From the IMG/VR virus record IMGVR_UViG_3300036546_000248: a stretch of 64,000 nucleotides of DNA. The stretch is one strand, 5' to 3'. Position 1 is the first letter of the stretch. Each line of letters begins with the position of its first letter. Position numbers and translations under genes: made by a program. This document shows positions 1 through 9,494 of the stretch, in pieces. The notes under the pieces are model-generated. The model worked only from the letters and a program-made list of their open reading frames with translations, was not told the DNA's origin and searched no databases. The DNA comes from a virus (taxonomy: Duplodnaviria; Caudoviricetes).

Positions 1-801
1 TACTTCAAATACCCAGCCGACAAAGAGTTGGCCCAAGCGGTCTACGAGTCGTTGAGTAAGAAGTATGCCTTGAAGCAACACGGTAGCTGGCATGCGTTGT
101 TTACCGCCCGTTCACAAGACATCATAGCTCGCAACGGTATTCATCATAAGACGATCAAAGACTTTACAGACGATGATGCAATTTTGTACCTAATTACAGA
201 CGTGCAGGGTCGTATCCGTGAAGTCGTCAAAAAGATGTATGCGGTAATGATCGAGCTGAAGGACAATCAGCAACGCATTTCGTCGACCAGCAGTACGGTG
301 GCCATCGATGGGGAGAATATCCTCAAAGACCGCCAGCGCAGCATCAGCAACTACAAGCGGTATATCCACACGATCATCGTAGACCGCGACACCTTCATTC
401 GCAATGAGGTTTTGTCGGTGATCAACGATGCCATGCACACCATGCCTCCGAAGCTTCTAGTCGAGGTGTTGGAATACTGTTCGGCGAACTATGGTAAGGC
501 TCGACATGAGAACATCGGTGAACTCTGTGACGAGACCCTGCTCCATGCGTTTGAGTTCTTGTCACAAAACCGTGCCTTGATCCGCAACCAATCGAACCTC
601 TCGAGTCTGGTCAGTCGCCTTCGAAACCTGTACATGGCATCGAAGATGAATGACCCAACCCTCCTCAAGATGAAGAGATTGGCTGAAGAGATCGTCTCTA
701 AGTCAGCTACCACCAAGTCCAGTTCGGTTCAAGCGAGTCTGCGTACAGGCTTGCAACTGTATATCGTCTTGCGCACGTTCACCATGGAGTATTACTCATG
801 A
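1..801 (+). CDS. C-terminal part of a conserved phiKZ-like virion structural protein (5' truncated by the window)
   Basis: Frame is open from base 1 (YFKYPADKELAQAVYESLSKK...LYIVLRTFTMEYYS). It resembles a conserved jumbo-phage structural family recalled from memory. Confidence 0.65.
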   Translation, partial: YFKYPADKELAQAVYESLSKKYALKQHGSWHALFTARSQDIIARNGIHHKTIKDFTDDDAILYLITDVQGRIREVVKKMYAVMIELKDNQQRISSTSSTVAIDGENILKDRQRSISNYKRYIHTIIVDRDTFIRNEVLSVINDAMHTMPPKLLVEVLEYCSANYGKARHENIGELCDETLLHAFEFLSQNRALIRNQSNLSSLVSRLRNLYMASKMNDPTLLKMKRLAEEIVSKSATTKSSSVQASLRTGLQLYIVLRTFTMEYYS

Positions 802-1127
802 TCAAATTAGGTCGTAGTAGTGACACGGTGTTCGAACATTACGCTGCGTACCCGAAGTTACCTTTTGGTCGGGCTCGAGAGTTCCTTGAAGTCAAAGATT
901 CTCAAGTGGTGATCAAACGACAAACCACGACTGAGTACGTCCATTGGGGTATTTTCTCGTGGCCCAAGCGTAAGAAGGTCAGCTTCATCATCTACGTGAC
1001 ACATTACTTCCGCAACGGCCTAACCGGCGGGGTAGCAATGTACAACGTGGATAAAGGCGTCTTGGAAGAACACGTAGAGAAGTGTTACCAGCATCCACCG
1101 CGTCCTAACTGGATTGTGTTGACATAA
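798..1127 (+). CDS. hypothetical protein (109 aa)
   Basis: ATGA overlap with the upstream stop suggests translational coupling; followed by a terminator hairpin. Confidence 0.7.
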   Translation: MIKLGRSSDTVFEHYAAYPKLPFGRAREFLEVKDSQVVIKRQTTTEYVHWGIFSWPKRKKVSFIIYVTHYFRNGLTGGVAMYNVDKGVLEEHVEKCYQHPPRPNWIVLT

Positions 1128-1164
1128 AAGGCTAGAGAGGAGGCGTTGCCTCCTCTCTTATGCC
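1122..1164. terminator. bidirectional hairpin terminator with TTATG(C) flanks
   Basis: agagaggaggc-gtt-gcctcctctct stem between convergent genes, flanked by gacataa and ttatgcc. Confidence 0.8.
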
Positions 1165-1166
1165 GC

Positions 1167-1880
1167 TTACCAATTGGCGTACAGCTCATCGACCTCTGCT
1201 TGCGACAACAACTTGTTGTAAATCACCAAATCAGACACCAACCCCACGTTCTTCTCCCCCGTCTCCAACTCGTTAATCGAGCCGCACAGGTAATTACCCA
1301 GAGGCGGTCTGTAATTGGAAGCCTGAAGCAACGACAAGACACCATTGATGTAAATGCGATAGTTGCTACCGTCATAGGACAACGTCAACATGTGCCAACC
1401 TGTTGCTCCGATGGCATCAGGTGCTCGGTAACTAATGCCGTTGAAATGAATGTACGGACGCCCAGGGTAGGTCGGACTCAACTTAAAGGTAAAGTTTGCC
1501 TGATTACCTGAGTAGGTAAAGAAGTGTTGATAACCGTCAAGACTTCGTGCGTGATACCACAGGTTTATTGTCCATTGTGCCGGTAGCTGAAGATCAGTCA
1601 TCTTGATCCAGCCGGCGTTGATAAAGTCAACACAATCGCGACCATTCAACTTACGTTCAAACGCATTAAGTCCTAACGTGGTGCTGGGGTCATACAACTG
1701 GGCTACGCTCATCCCTGTGGCATAGTGTCGCAACTTATTCTCTTCTAGGTAGTAATTGACCCCAACCTTCAACCACTTCGCATTGTGCTTCTGCCATGTC
1801 GACCGCGGCTTAAGCCAGGCTCCTTGTCGTTTAAAGCGGGTAAGCCCAATTCCCCACTTACCGTTAGCTTTAACTTTCAT
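1167..1880 (-). CDS. putative adhesin/receptor-binding protein: triple-Trp N-terminal module plus LamG/concanavalin-A-like domain
   Basis: N-terminus MKVKANGKW...KRQGAW...KHNAKW; LamG-like motifs WTINLWY, GWHMLTLSYDGSNYRIYING, SDLVIYNKLLSQAEVDELY. Confidence 0.75.
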   Translation of the reverse strand: MKVKANGKWGIGLTRFKRQGAWLKPRSTWQKHNAKWLKVGVNYYLEENKLRHYATGMSVAQLYDPSTTLGLNAFERKLNGRDCVDFINAGWIKMTDLQLPAQWTINLWYHARSLDGYQHFFTYSGNQANFTFKLSPTYPGRPYIHFNGISYRAPDAIGATGWHMLTLSYDGSNYRIYINGVLSLLQASNYRPPLGNYLCGSINELETGEKNVGLVSDLVIYNKLLSQAEVDELYANW

Positions 1881-1940
1881 GTCGGCTCCACCGTTTTAAA
1901 GCGGGTTAGGTCTACCCATTCATACGATTTCTGGACCAAG

Positions 1941-1980
1941 GCGGCAAAAAAAAACAAGGGAGCCTAAGCCCCCTTGTTAA
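1941..1980 (-). terminator. intrinsic terminator
   Basis: Minus strand aacaaggggg-cttagg-ctcccttgtt followed by a T-run and GCCG. Confidence 0.75.
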
Positions 1981-1992
1981 AACGAACATCGT

Positions 1993-2322
1993 TCATTTGA
2001 AGAACTCGACGACCTCATAACGGTCATTGACTTGGGTTTGTTGGATGATGCGGCCTTGTGAGTCGACAATCAGACCGATACAGAGTTGCGGGAAGAGGTA
2101 AAAGCGTCGCGAGGAACGACTGTCGGCGAGAGTGATGCGGTGATACATACGGTCATCCCACGTACCGATGGTTCTCGACATCGCGTCGGTTTCCAGACTT
2201 TGCATAGGTTTGAGCGCAGTATCGACCTTCTCTACGATGTAACCGTTGGACACCATTTGGTGACCGTAGCGCAGTTCCATCACAGGAACTAATTGGGAGG
2301 TTTTTGCTTCTTTAACTTTCAT
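1993..2322 (-). CDS. hypothetical protein (about 109 aa)
   Basis: ATG at 2322 lies just after the upstream stop at 2327; the ORF-track start at 2436 would overlap the upstream gene by 110 nt. Confidence 0.6.
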   Translation of the reverse strand: MKVKEAKTSQLVPVMELRYGHQMVSNGYIVEKVDTALKPMQSLETDAMSRTIGTWDDRMYHRITLADSRSSRRFYLFPQLCIGLIVDSQGRIIQQTQVNDRYEVVEFFK

Positions 2323-2326
2323 GGCG

Positions 2327-3334
2327 TTATTCCATAGAGTTTGGGGTGTATTGTGGGTTGAGTACAAAGACATCGTTGTCACGAACTTCGTAGTCCGTAC
2401 AGTAGGTGCCCCTCCCGACGATGTCAAGTTGACCAATCAGGCGACGGATCAGGAAGGGGAGGTTTTGCCAATAACCTTGTTTTACCCTTAGAAAGGCGTA
2501 GGCTACGTCGTTGGTGGTGTAACACAACCGTTCTTCTTCGTCGCGGTAGAACGACAGTTTGAAGGCTAAAGGTTGTTTAATGTTGGGATGTACGGTGAAG
2601 TTCTCAATCTCCACCACAACTTCATCACAAGACAGGTACTGACCCACCACGGTCAGCTCTGCCCAGTCGGGCGTACCTGGGTTGTCGTTCTTCAGCGCTT
2701 CGAAAGCACCACCCTCCATTCGGTCACAGAAGTAGAGATACTCCTCCCCTATTTGAGCATAGTCAACGTAAGCGACCGGCGTAGTGTTCAACAACACATT
2801 CAAGTCGGTGCGCTCAACCTGCTCAAGTTCGTTGGTGTAGTAAACTCGCTCTATGGTGAAATCGGGGTAGATGGTCTCAAACTCGCTAAGGGAGTGACCG
2901 CTAGGGTTAATCACCTTCAACGGACTGTAGAACCAAGTACTTCCGGAGCCGTAAGAGAAGAGTTGGTAAGGACGTGCATAGTCAGCCAACTCCCCTGCAA
3001 TGTATTGTTTGTTGAGTAAGAGGTAGTAGTACCACCCCATCAACCGAACCGGCTCTGGTAGCGTGGTGTTGCTACGCTCGTTCTTCTTGAAGTGAACCTG
3101 CCCGTAATTCTCTGCTGGGTTTTTGTAGATCATGGCGTGGACTTGGCTTTTCGGACCGCGTCCTGCCACCATTTCCCAAAACAAACGCCGTTGTTCTTCC
3201 TGACCCAGTATATCAATCTGGGTGGCCGTAAGTCGCAGGGCTTGTTCGATGCCAGGGATCATACTGGCCATCCCTGAAGATGAGAGGATTGATTGAGCGA
3301 TGTCTTTACAAGCCCGACTGTAATCATTGTTCAT
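2327..3334 (-). CDS. hypothetical protein (335 aa)
   Basis: Long ORF with GAGGA SD upstream. Confidence 0.8.
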   Translation of the reverse strand: MNNDYSRACKDIAQSILSSSGMASMIPGIEQALRLTATQIDILGQEEQRRLFWEMVAGRGPKSQVHAMIYKNPAENYGQVHFKKNERSNTTLPEPVRLMGWYYYLLLNKQYIAGELADYARPYQLFSYGSGSTWFYSPLKVINPSGHSLSEFETIYPDFTIERVYYTNELEQVERTDLNVLLNTTPVAYVDYAQIGEEYLYFCDRMEGGAFEALKNDNPGTPDWAELTVVGQYLSCDEVVVEIENFTVHPNIKQPLAFKLSFYRDEEERLCYTTNDVAYAFLRVKQGYWQNLPFLIRRLIGQLDIVGRGTYCTDYEVRDNDVFVLNPQYTPNSME

Positions 3335-3360
3335 GGAGGATATCCTCGTTGCGTTTAAGG

Positions 3361-3981
3361 TTAGGCTGAAAGCTCTGCGACACGCAAAGCTTCTTGTGCA
3401 ATTGGGGTGTTAAGGAACTGACTAGCCCAGACTTGACCTTCAGGGGTGTACAGATTGATCCGGTGTTTAACCTCGGCCTTTTTGGCAATCTGTAGGGTGG
3501 TATTGGTACCACCGCGCACTTTCTCGGTTTTACCCACAGGAATGGCCCAATACACCAAGTACTCAACCTTGTCTTGAAGACTAGCCCCATGTATCTGCAT
3601 GACGTTGCGACTGTGAAGATTGATACCCCAGTCATCCAACCCATGAAAGCTTCCGCGCGCTTCGAGTGCCATTTGTTTGGCCTTCTCAAAGGTTGGGAAC
3701 CGTTGAGCATTGTAGAAAAAGTTCTTCGGATCAGCTTTCCTGCCCCGCACCCACTCATCACACAAGTAAATACGTGCACCGATCTTACGGTAAAAAGGAC
3801 TCAACAGAGCACCCTCCCAGAAGGCTCTATCAGCCCCTCTGGCGTCACCTGAAGATAATCCGTACCCTAGGGCATAAAAGACCACAGCAAGCTTCTGCAT
3901 GAGCTTACAGACGTCTTCCGGTGTATCCCGACTCCCAACCCCTGCGAACCAACCTTTGAACTCGGGTGTGGACATGGTCAA
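3361..3981 (-). CDS. SLOG-superfamily (DprA/Smf-like) nucleotide-binding protein
   Basis: FAGVGSRDTP and LSSGDARGADRAF motifs typical of the SLOG Rossmannoid fold; GGT near the C-terminus. Confidence 0.75.
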   Translation of the reverse strand: MTMSTPEFKGWFAGVGSRDTPEDVCKLMQKLAVVFYALGYGLSSGDARGADRAFWEGALLSPFYRKIGARIYLCDEWVRGRKADPKNFFYNAQRFPTFEKAKQMALEARGSFHGLDDWGINLHSRNVMQIHGASLQDKVEYLVYWAIPVGKTEKVRGGTNTTLQIAKKAEVKHRINLYTPEGQVWASQFLNTPIAQEALRVAELSA

Positions 3982-4421
3982 TCCTTAACAAGCTTGAGTT
4001 CTTTACGAGCATTCATTGCTACCTTGCCCAAGTAGTCCTTCTTATCGAAGGGGATACGGTAAACAATGGCTACGTGGTCTGTTGTGTCGGTGCGATTCAT
4101 GACGTAGTGTTCAATTGAATCGACATCGCCCACGCGAAGGTGCGTAAACACCTCGGTCAAACACCCCTGCATCCAATCCGCATACTGCAACATGTCGTTG
4201 TTATCAGCATCGTACATGATCACATGAAGGTCGTTACAGGTGTGCTCAACATCATTGACGATGAACAAACACCCCTCTCCCCGAGAGAGTTCTATCTCGC
4301 GGTATTTAAAACCCATTTCAAAATGCTTACCACTAAACGTTTCGATACACCCCAAATAGTTCAAAGGGTTGGTGGGTAAGATCTTCTCGTCACGAGCAAA
4401 GACAATAAAGACAACAGACAT
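3978..4421 (-). CDS. hypothetical protein (147 aa)
   Basis: ORF with AAGGA SD; 4-nt overlap with the next gene. Confidence 0.75.
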   Translation of the reverse strand: MSVVFIVFARDEKILPTNPLNYLGCIETFSGKHFEMGFKYREIELSRGEGCLFIVNDVEHTCNDLHVIMYDADNNDMLQYADWMQGCLTEVFTHLRVGDVDSIEHYVMNRTDTTDHVAIVYRIPFDKKDYLGKVAMNARKELKLVKD

Positions 4422-4442
4422 AATTTATTTTCCTTAAAAGAG

Positions 4443-4484
4443 GGCATAAGTAATCGGGACCGAAGTCCCGATTGCCAAGGTTAT
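4443..4484 (-). terminator. hairpin terminator after dcd with TTATGCC tail
   Basis: aatcgggac-cgaa-gtcccgatt stem (cUUCGg loop on the minus strand). Confidence 0.8.
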
Positions 4485-4501
4485 TTACAGACAGCTTCCC
4501 T

Positions 4502-5326
4502 TTAAACGCGCGGAGTGACGACCCCGGTCTGGAACATATATTTGCCTTCGCGGTCGGCGTAGGACGTTATGCAGTCTTGGTCGCTCTCGAAGAACAAGAA
4601 CTGTGCAATACCCTCATTAGCGTAGATCTTCATCGGTAGGTTAGTGGCATTAGAAATTTCAATGACCACATTACCTTCGAACTCAGCTTCGATCGGCGTC
4701 ACGTTGACGATAGCACCGGCACGCGCCAGGGTTGATTTACCAACAGCGATAACCGTAACGTTACGCGGAATGCGGAAGTATTCCACAGTACGGCCCAAAA
4801 GGTACGAGTTCGGAGGTAGGATCACGTACTCGTCGCCGGTTTCATCAGTGTGGACCACCGCATCTACCAAACACTGGGTGTCAAAGCGCTTAGGGTCGAT
4901 GATCGCTGAGTTGAGGTTGGTAAAGAGTTTGAACTCGGTAGACAACCGCACATCGTAGCCGTAGCTGGAAGTACCGAAAGAAATCAGCCGTTCCCCTTTG
5001 CGATAAAGACCACCGTCCTTTTCCACTACCTCGTCTTCCAACAATCCATTATAGTGATCGAACTTATCAGACTCAGACAACGGACTGTCTTCACGGTAAC
5101 GCACTTGGACACCTACGAAGGGTTCGATCATCGGCTTCCAGTCGATCTTGGCAAGATCCTCAGGACGCAAACGAGTTGCGATGTAACGCTGTTCTTTACT
5201 TTCGAGTTCTTTGGGGGTATGGGTGATACCTTCCCACGCCAGTGTAGTGTCACGACCATGAACGGTGTGAAGGGCATGGCTGGGAGGAGTAGATTGAGTA
5301 GCAATCCATTTGTCGGATTTGATCAT
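4502..5326 (-). CDS. dcd: dCTP deaminase with two N-terminal insertions
   Basis: [81 protein letters not shown] at 5326 has an AAGGA SD. Confidence 0.93.
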   Translation of the reverse strand: MIKSDKWIATQSTPPSHALHTVHGRDTTLAWEGITHTPKELESKEQRYIATRLRPEDLAKIDWKPMIEPFVGVQVRYREDSPLSESDKFDHYNGLLEDEVVEKDGGLYRKGERLISFGTSSYGYDVRLSTEFKLFTNLNSAIIDPKRFDTQCLVDAVVHTDETGDEYVILPPNSYLLGRTVEYFRIPRNVTVIAVGKSTLARAGAIVNVTPIEAEFEGNVVIEISNATNLPMKIYANEGIAQFLFFESDQDCITSYADREGKYMFQTGVVTPRV

Positions 5327-5408
5327 GGTAGTGTCCTTAAGGTTAAGGTCAGTTGAAGATTCCTTTATATAGTTTAGGTTTTTAATATTTTTTAATGAGG
5401 GGTGGGGT

Positions 5409-5438
5409 GGCATAAACGGGAGTGTTACCTCCCGTTTA
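5409..5438 (-). terminator. hairpin terminator with TTATGCC tail
   Basis: aaacgggag-tgttac-ctcccgttt stem next to ggcata. Confidence 0.75.
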
Positions 5439-5440
5439 AG

Positions 5441-6070
5441 TCAGTGTCTGAGTGTGAACTCGAAGTCCCGCATACCACGCAGGGATGAGGGGTAGTAACG
5501 ATTCTCTGTATACGCCGGATAGGACAGCACATCTAACCCTGTGACATATACACCTTCAGGAACCGTGTAGGTGTAGCGTTCGCCGAGTACGTTGCGCGTT
5601 ACCTTTTCTTCAAAACCTGCATCCCCTTTGTATATTAGTTGTCCTGACGGACCATGAGCCCACGCATCGATGGTTCCGATGGTTTGAGTCGTCCCGTTAC
5701 TCAAGTGAATCCTGATGTAGTTGAGGTGCAAACCTTCCACTGGGTTGTTGTAATACCCGGTGAATGTTGCACTAACCTTACGGATTTTTGATAAGGTGTC
5801 GACAGAAAACTTGCTAACCATAGGCGGGTAGTTATTTTGAACGGTCGGATAGACATCGCGGTACCATCCGCGCACACTGTCGTATACCCACCCAGAAGGG
5901 TTTGCGATAACGTCAGAGATTTGAGTGAGACTCAGTAACTCAATTCCGTCAATGACTCGCCACTCCCCGCTTTGTTTTAACAAGGTGCTCTGAGGAGTGA
6001 TCCAACCAAGGTTTGTCAATCGGGCCTTAAGGGAACCTTCCGACCACTTCCCTCCTGCTTTAACTTTCAT
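5441..6070 (-). CDS. triple-Trp N-terminal module protein, putative adhesin tip
   Basis: MKVKAGGKW...LTNLGW...KQSGEW, then an aromatic, beta-rich C-terminal domain. Confidence 0.7.
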   Translation of the reverse strand: MKVKAGGKWSEGSLKARLTNLGWITPQSTLLKQSGEWRVIDGIELLSLTQISDVIANPSGWVYDSVRGWYRDVYPTVQNNYPPMVSKFSVDTLSKIRKVSATFTGYYNNPVEGLHLNYIRIHLSNGTTQTIGTIDAWAHGPSGQLIYKGDAGFEEKVTRNVLGERYTYTVPEGVYVTGLDVLSYPAYTENRYYPSSLRGMRDFEFTLRH

Positions 6071-6079
6071 GACGACCCC

Positions 6080-6592
6080 TTAAATCAAAATGCGATGTTG
6101 TACTTGTGTGGTCGGTAGATCCCGATAGGTTCTATACCACACCCGAGTAGTCCCGTACTGTGGCTGCCAGTTATTACTAACGAAGTGAAGCGGAATGTCG
6201 TTAAACATACCAATCTGTGGCCACGGAATATGCGTTTGGTTTCCCGCCATGTGGAACGTAAACCATCGTAGCGCACCTACGCCAATCTGTGAGTCCATAC
6301 CCCACTCACAACTCGCCCAGATGATGTTGTTGTCAAACAGGTTAAAACGATCAGTGCTAATGTCCCCAGTGGGTACGTAGGACTGCGCATAACCGAAACG
6401 TTCTCCATAAGACGGAAAGACGTGTGTGGGGATAATCAACAGGTCAATGATGCTAGCCGGTTTGTGCGGTTCACTGACGTCCTTCCACTGACCCCCGACT
6501 TTGGTAAACACGTGTTCGCCTTTGCGCCACACGTTGGCTTGCTTGAAATGGGGCAGTGTCTTTCTCCACGCCCCACCGGTACGTAGTCTCAT
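6080..6592 (-). CDS. triple-Trp N-terminal module protein, putative adhesin tip
   Basis: MRLRTGGAW...KQANVW...KVGGQW, then a YGERFGYAQSYVPTGDIS beta domain. Confidence 0.7.
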   Translation of the reverse strand: MRLRTGGAWRKTLPHFKQANVWRKGEHVFTKVGGQWKDVSEPHKPASIIDLLIIPTHVFPSYGERFGYAQSYVPTGDISTDRFNLFDNNIIWASCEWGMDSQIGVGALRWFTFHMAGNQTHIPWPQIGMFNDIPLHFVSNNWQPQYGTTRVWYRTYRDLPTTQVQHRILI

Positions 6593-6611
6593 GTTGGTAT
6601 CCTAGAAGTTG

Positions 6612-7121
6612 TTAAACAGGGTCGTGGATGAGTTTGATGGTGAGTGTTTTACCGTACTGGCTCTTCAAGTACTGATGAACGTTCTTAACGCCATCTGAAA
6701 AGTATCGACGTGTGATCGTGTCAGAACTTCCCTGGTTCGTACTTTTGAACGGTAGTCGTCCCAAACCCTCGATTTCAACAGCGATGACTTTAGACGAGTC
6801 ACCTTTAGCATACAGACCAAACTGGAAGCCTGTTTGATTGTCATCGGGTGAGTTGAAGTCACGGATCTCGAGACCACGGTAATACGCAGGAGAAACAGTG
6901 CCTGGGTCAGGACTGCCTTGTTTGTAGAAGCCGTACCACACCTGTGGGGCGTTGAATGTTCCTACCCTTATTTGAAACGTTTCAATAATTTCATGTCGTC
7001 GAGCTATTGTCCAAACCCCGTCGATTTTGTAGTAAACAATATTTCCTCTCACCCAACTATTCAGGCGCTTGAGTTTGAGGTCGTTAACGTCTAACCAACC
7101 CTCGTTAATTCGAATCTTCAT
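6612..7121 (-). CDS. triple-Trp N-terminal module protein, putative adhesin tip
   Basis: MKIRINEGW...KRLNSW...KIDGVW, then WYGFYKQGSPDPGTVSPAYYRGLEI, which resembles fibre C-terminal domains. Confidence 0.7.
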   Translation of the reverse strand: MKIRINEGWLDVNDLKLKRLNSWVRGNIVYYKIDGVWTIARRHEIIETFQIRVGTFNAPQVWYGFYKQGSPDPGTVSPAYYRGLEIRDFNSPDDNQTGFQFGLYAKGDSSKVIAVEIEGLGRLPFKSTNQGSSDTITRRYFSDGVKNVHQYLKSQYGKTLTIKLIHDPV

Positions 7122-7184
7122 AACAACCTCTGTCGTGTCAGGGGATTAGAAAAAGGTACCTTCATAAAATTTCTGAGGATTGCC

Positions 7185-7226
7185 GGCATAACCGGGAGGT
7201 TACCCTCCCGGCTAGCTCTTTATGCC
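7185..7226 (-). terminator. terminator after the terminase gene
   Basis: ccgggagg-ttac-cctcccgg stem flanked by ggcataa and ttatgcc (the latter includes the terminase stop). Confidence 0.8.
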
Positions 7227-9436
7227 GCCCGACGCCCGGTAAGGCCACCACGCCCCATGATCTTACCCCACGGGTTGAGGCTCTTCTGAACATGCGCCGC
7301 GTTGTGTGCACGCGCAGCTTTGATGTTGCGCAGACTACGTTCTTCCGAGGCCTTCTGGATCAGGCTGGACAAGCTGGTAACGGTGTCCTCATCCACACTG
7401 TCCATAGCGGCCAGTTTACGCGTGAGGTGTTCAAGCTTGGCTTCCAACCGCGCCACCACAAAGGTCTCTTTGGCATTAACCAACAGTTCGTAGACTTCTT
7501 CCATCTCCTTCTTCATCTTGTTAAACTGTGCCCGCTGATACAGCTCTTCAGGCGTCAGTTGTTTGTTGTTGCTAGTCACTGCAGACAACAGCTTACTGGT
7601 ATCGATTCCATAGTGATCCAAATTACGACCCATGGTCACCAACCACTGTGCCAACAACCACGCAATGACCGTGTCATCATGACCGGAGGCCGCGTGATCG
7701 ATTCGACCCTTCTTCACCACCAACCCACGAATCTCTTCAGACAACTGCTTGTCGTGTACCAAGTGCCCGCTGTCTTTCGCCGCATTCTGAAGAACCGGTC
7801 CGTAGAGTAGCGCACGGGTTTCGGCATTCGTGTTAAAGCCAAAGTAGCCTTTAGTCTCGTCGTAGAATTGTTCCGTCCGAGTACCCATGGGTTTACAGAT
7901 GGTCTTGTAAAGGTCTGCTTTCTCATTGGAGTTCTCCACAATACGGTTGAAGATACGACGGAACGGATCTTCGCCCATGGCTGGCAACTTCAGGATCAAG
8001 GCATCAACGATCATCTGACCAGTCGACTTCTTCTCAGGAATCAAGGTGATGTTCTTAAACCGCACCAAGAACTCTGCCAAGAAGTTAGAGAACCGAATCA
8101 GGTTAGTCTCATTGACATTGAACGCACCCACCACCGACAAGTCCTTGGTGTTAATGATCGTCCCTGCAATCCCGTCTCGACCCACCGCTTCAGAGGTATC
8201 CAACCCCAAGATGAACTGGTCGGTCTGCGTCAAGCGCTGAAGGCTGACTTCATCGACATACCAACGCACCACGTACAACTCTTTGGACACGAAGTTGTAC
8301 ATCACATCCCGTACCGAGTTTTTGATCATCTCGTTGAGCTGTGGGGTCAACGGCGAGCTTTGTGTACCAGACGTCCAGACGTTGAAGAAGTCGCGGTTTG
8401 CTCCATCACCATAGGAGTTTGCCTCCGCCATGGTCTTGTACAACCACTCGTCGGTGTAACCCAATTGGCGGTGCGAGAAGGTTGCGTTGATCAGGATCTT
8501 ACGACCAGGGTTGTTCTTCGCCACCATCTCATGGAAGGCTGCTTTGTCTACACAGTCAAAGTACAGTTCAGTCCACTTAGCACCGCCGTGGATCATGTCG
8601 TACATGTACTTGCCGTCGCGGTCATCCTTCTTACCAGCGGTTGTGGTGAAGATGTTACCGTGTGGACGGTTGTGTTTACGGGCTTCTTCACGCGCTGCGT
8701 TACCGGCCGCCAGCGCAGCAGGCAAAGTGATGCCAATGAAGTTAATGAACGGACCTTCGTCGATGTGGCTGATTGGTGAGGTCTGTCCACGACCCAGGTT
8801 GTTAGCACTGGATTCGGAGTTTTGAGCAACACCTGTGGAGTAGGTGTTCTCCCACTTCTTACAGGTGACTTCGAATTGGTTATCAGAGTCTGTACGACCC
8901 TTAGCGACCAAATAAGGTGGTAATAGATCCCGGATTTTCTTCAGACGTTCAACGTTAGCCTTACGCAGAGCATCGTCCTTTGTGATCATGTTGATACGAG
9001 AGTTACTCGTACCCAAGAACAGTAACCAGATCATCAAACAGTCAGTAGATACCGATTTACCTGTCTGACGAGGTTGGATCAAGGCGATGTCCATGTTGTT
9101 GATAAAGGTCCATGTGGTCGCCATGTTCCCCCGGTTGGCTTTGTAGGGAACCGGGTTAGGGCCTGCCACAGGTGGAATGCGCACTACTTCACGTAAGTAG
9201 TACCAAATGTTGTACCGGCACTCCAAACCAATCTTCATCTTGTAGGCATCGGACAACACTTCAGAATGTGGGTCAACCCCAATCAATTCCGGTTGCATAA
9301 TCGCCAAGGGCCACAGGCAGTTTTTAATCCCCATCTCTTTTAGCAGGGAGCTGTAGCGTAGGAAAGATTCGTTCTTTGTGGAATAATCCACTCTGGCCAT
9401 CGGGTAACGATGCCAATCGTTTCCAAACAAAATCAT
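7220..9436 (-). CDS. terL: terminase large subunit (phiKZ gp25-like)
   Basis: Walker A PRQTGKS, Walker B ISHIDEGPF, coupling motif FTTTAG, nuclease LGLDTS and GHDD; synteny with the gp26-30-like genes. Confidence 0.95.
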   Translation of the reverse strand: MILFGNDWHRYPMARVDYSTKNESFLRYSSLLKEMGIKNCLWPLAIMQPELIGVDPHSEVLSDAYKMKIGLECRYNIWYYLREVVRIPPVAGPNPVPYKANRGNMATTWTFINNMDIALIQPRQTGKSVSTDCLMIWLLFLGTSNSRINMITKDDALRKANVERLKKIRDLLPPYLVAKGRTDSDNQFEVTCKKWENTYSTGVAQNSESSANNLGRGQTSPISHIDEGPFINFIGITLPAALAAGNAAREEARKHNRPHGNIFTTTAGKKDDRDGKYMYDMIHGGAKWTELYFDCVDKAAFHEMVAKNNPGRKILINATFSHRQLGYTDEWLYKTMAEANSYGDGANRDFFNVWTSGTQSSPLTPQLNEMIKNSVRDVMYNFVSKELYVVRWYVDEVSLQRLTQTDQFILGLDTSEAVGRDGIAGTIINTKDLSVVGAFNVNETNLIRFSNFLAEFLVRFKNITLIPEKKSTGQMIVDALILKLPAMGEDPFRRIFNRIVENSNEKADLYKTICKPMGTRTEQFYDETKGYFGFNTNAETRALLYGPVLQNAAKDSGHLVHDKQLSEEIRGLVVKKGRIDHAASGHDDTVIAWLLAQWLVTMGRNLDHYGIDTSKLLSAVTSNNKQLTPEELYQRAQFNKMKKEMEEVYELLVNAKETFVVARLEAKLEHLTRKLAAMDSVDEDTVTSLSSLIQKASEERSLRNIKAARAHNAAHVQKSLNPWGKIMGRGGLTGRRAA

Positions 9437-9494
9437 AGTCGTTACCTATTGACAGGGAAGCTGTATAGTCTATAGGATTGGGGAGCCCCTACAA

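Noticed and set aside
5327-5413. N-terminal extension of dcd in the ORF track (MPPHPSLKN...)
   Set aside because: That ATG is part of the terminator TATGCC motif; homology and the SD point to ATG 5326.
1167-7121. Diversity-generating retroelement behind the variable adhesin-like genes
   Set aside because: No reverse transcriptase or template/variable repeat pair with adenine-specific mismatches in the window; similarity among the genes is at protein level only.
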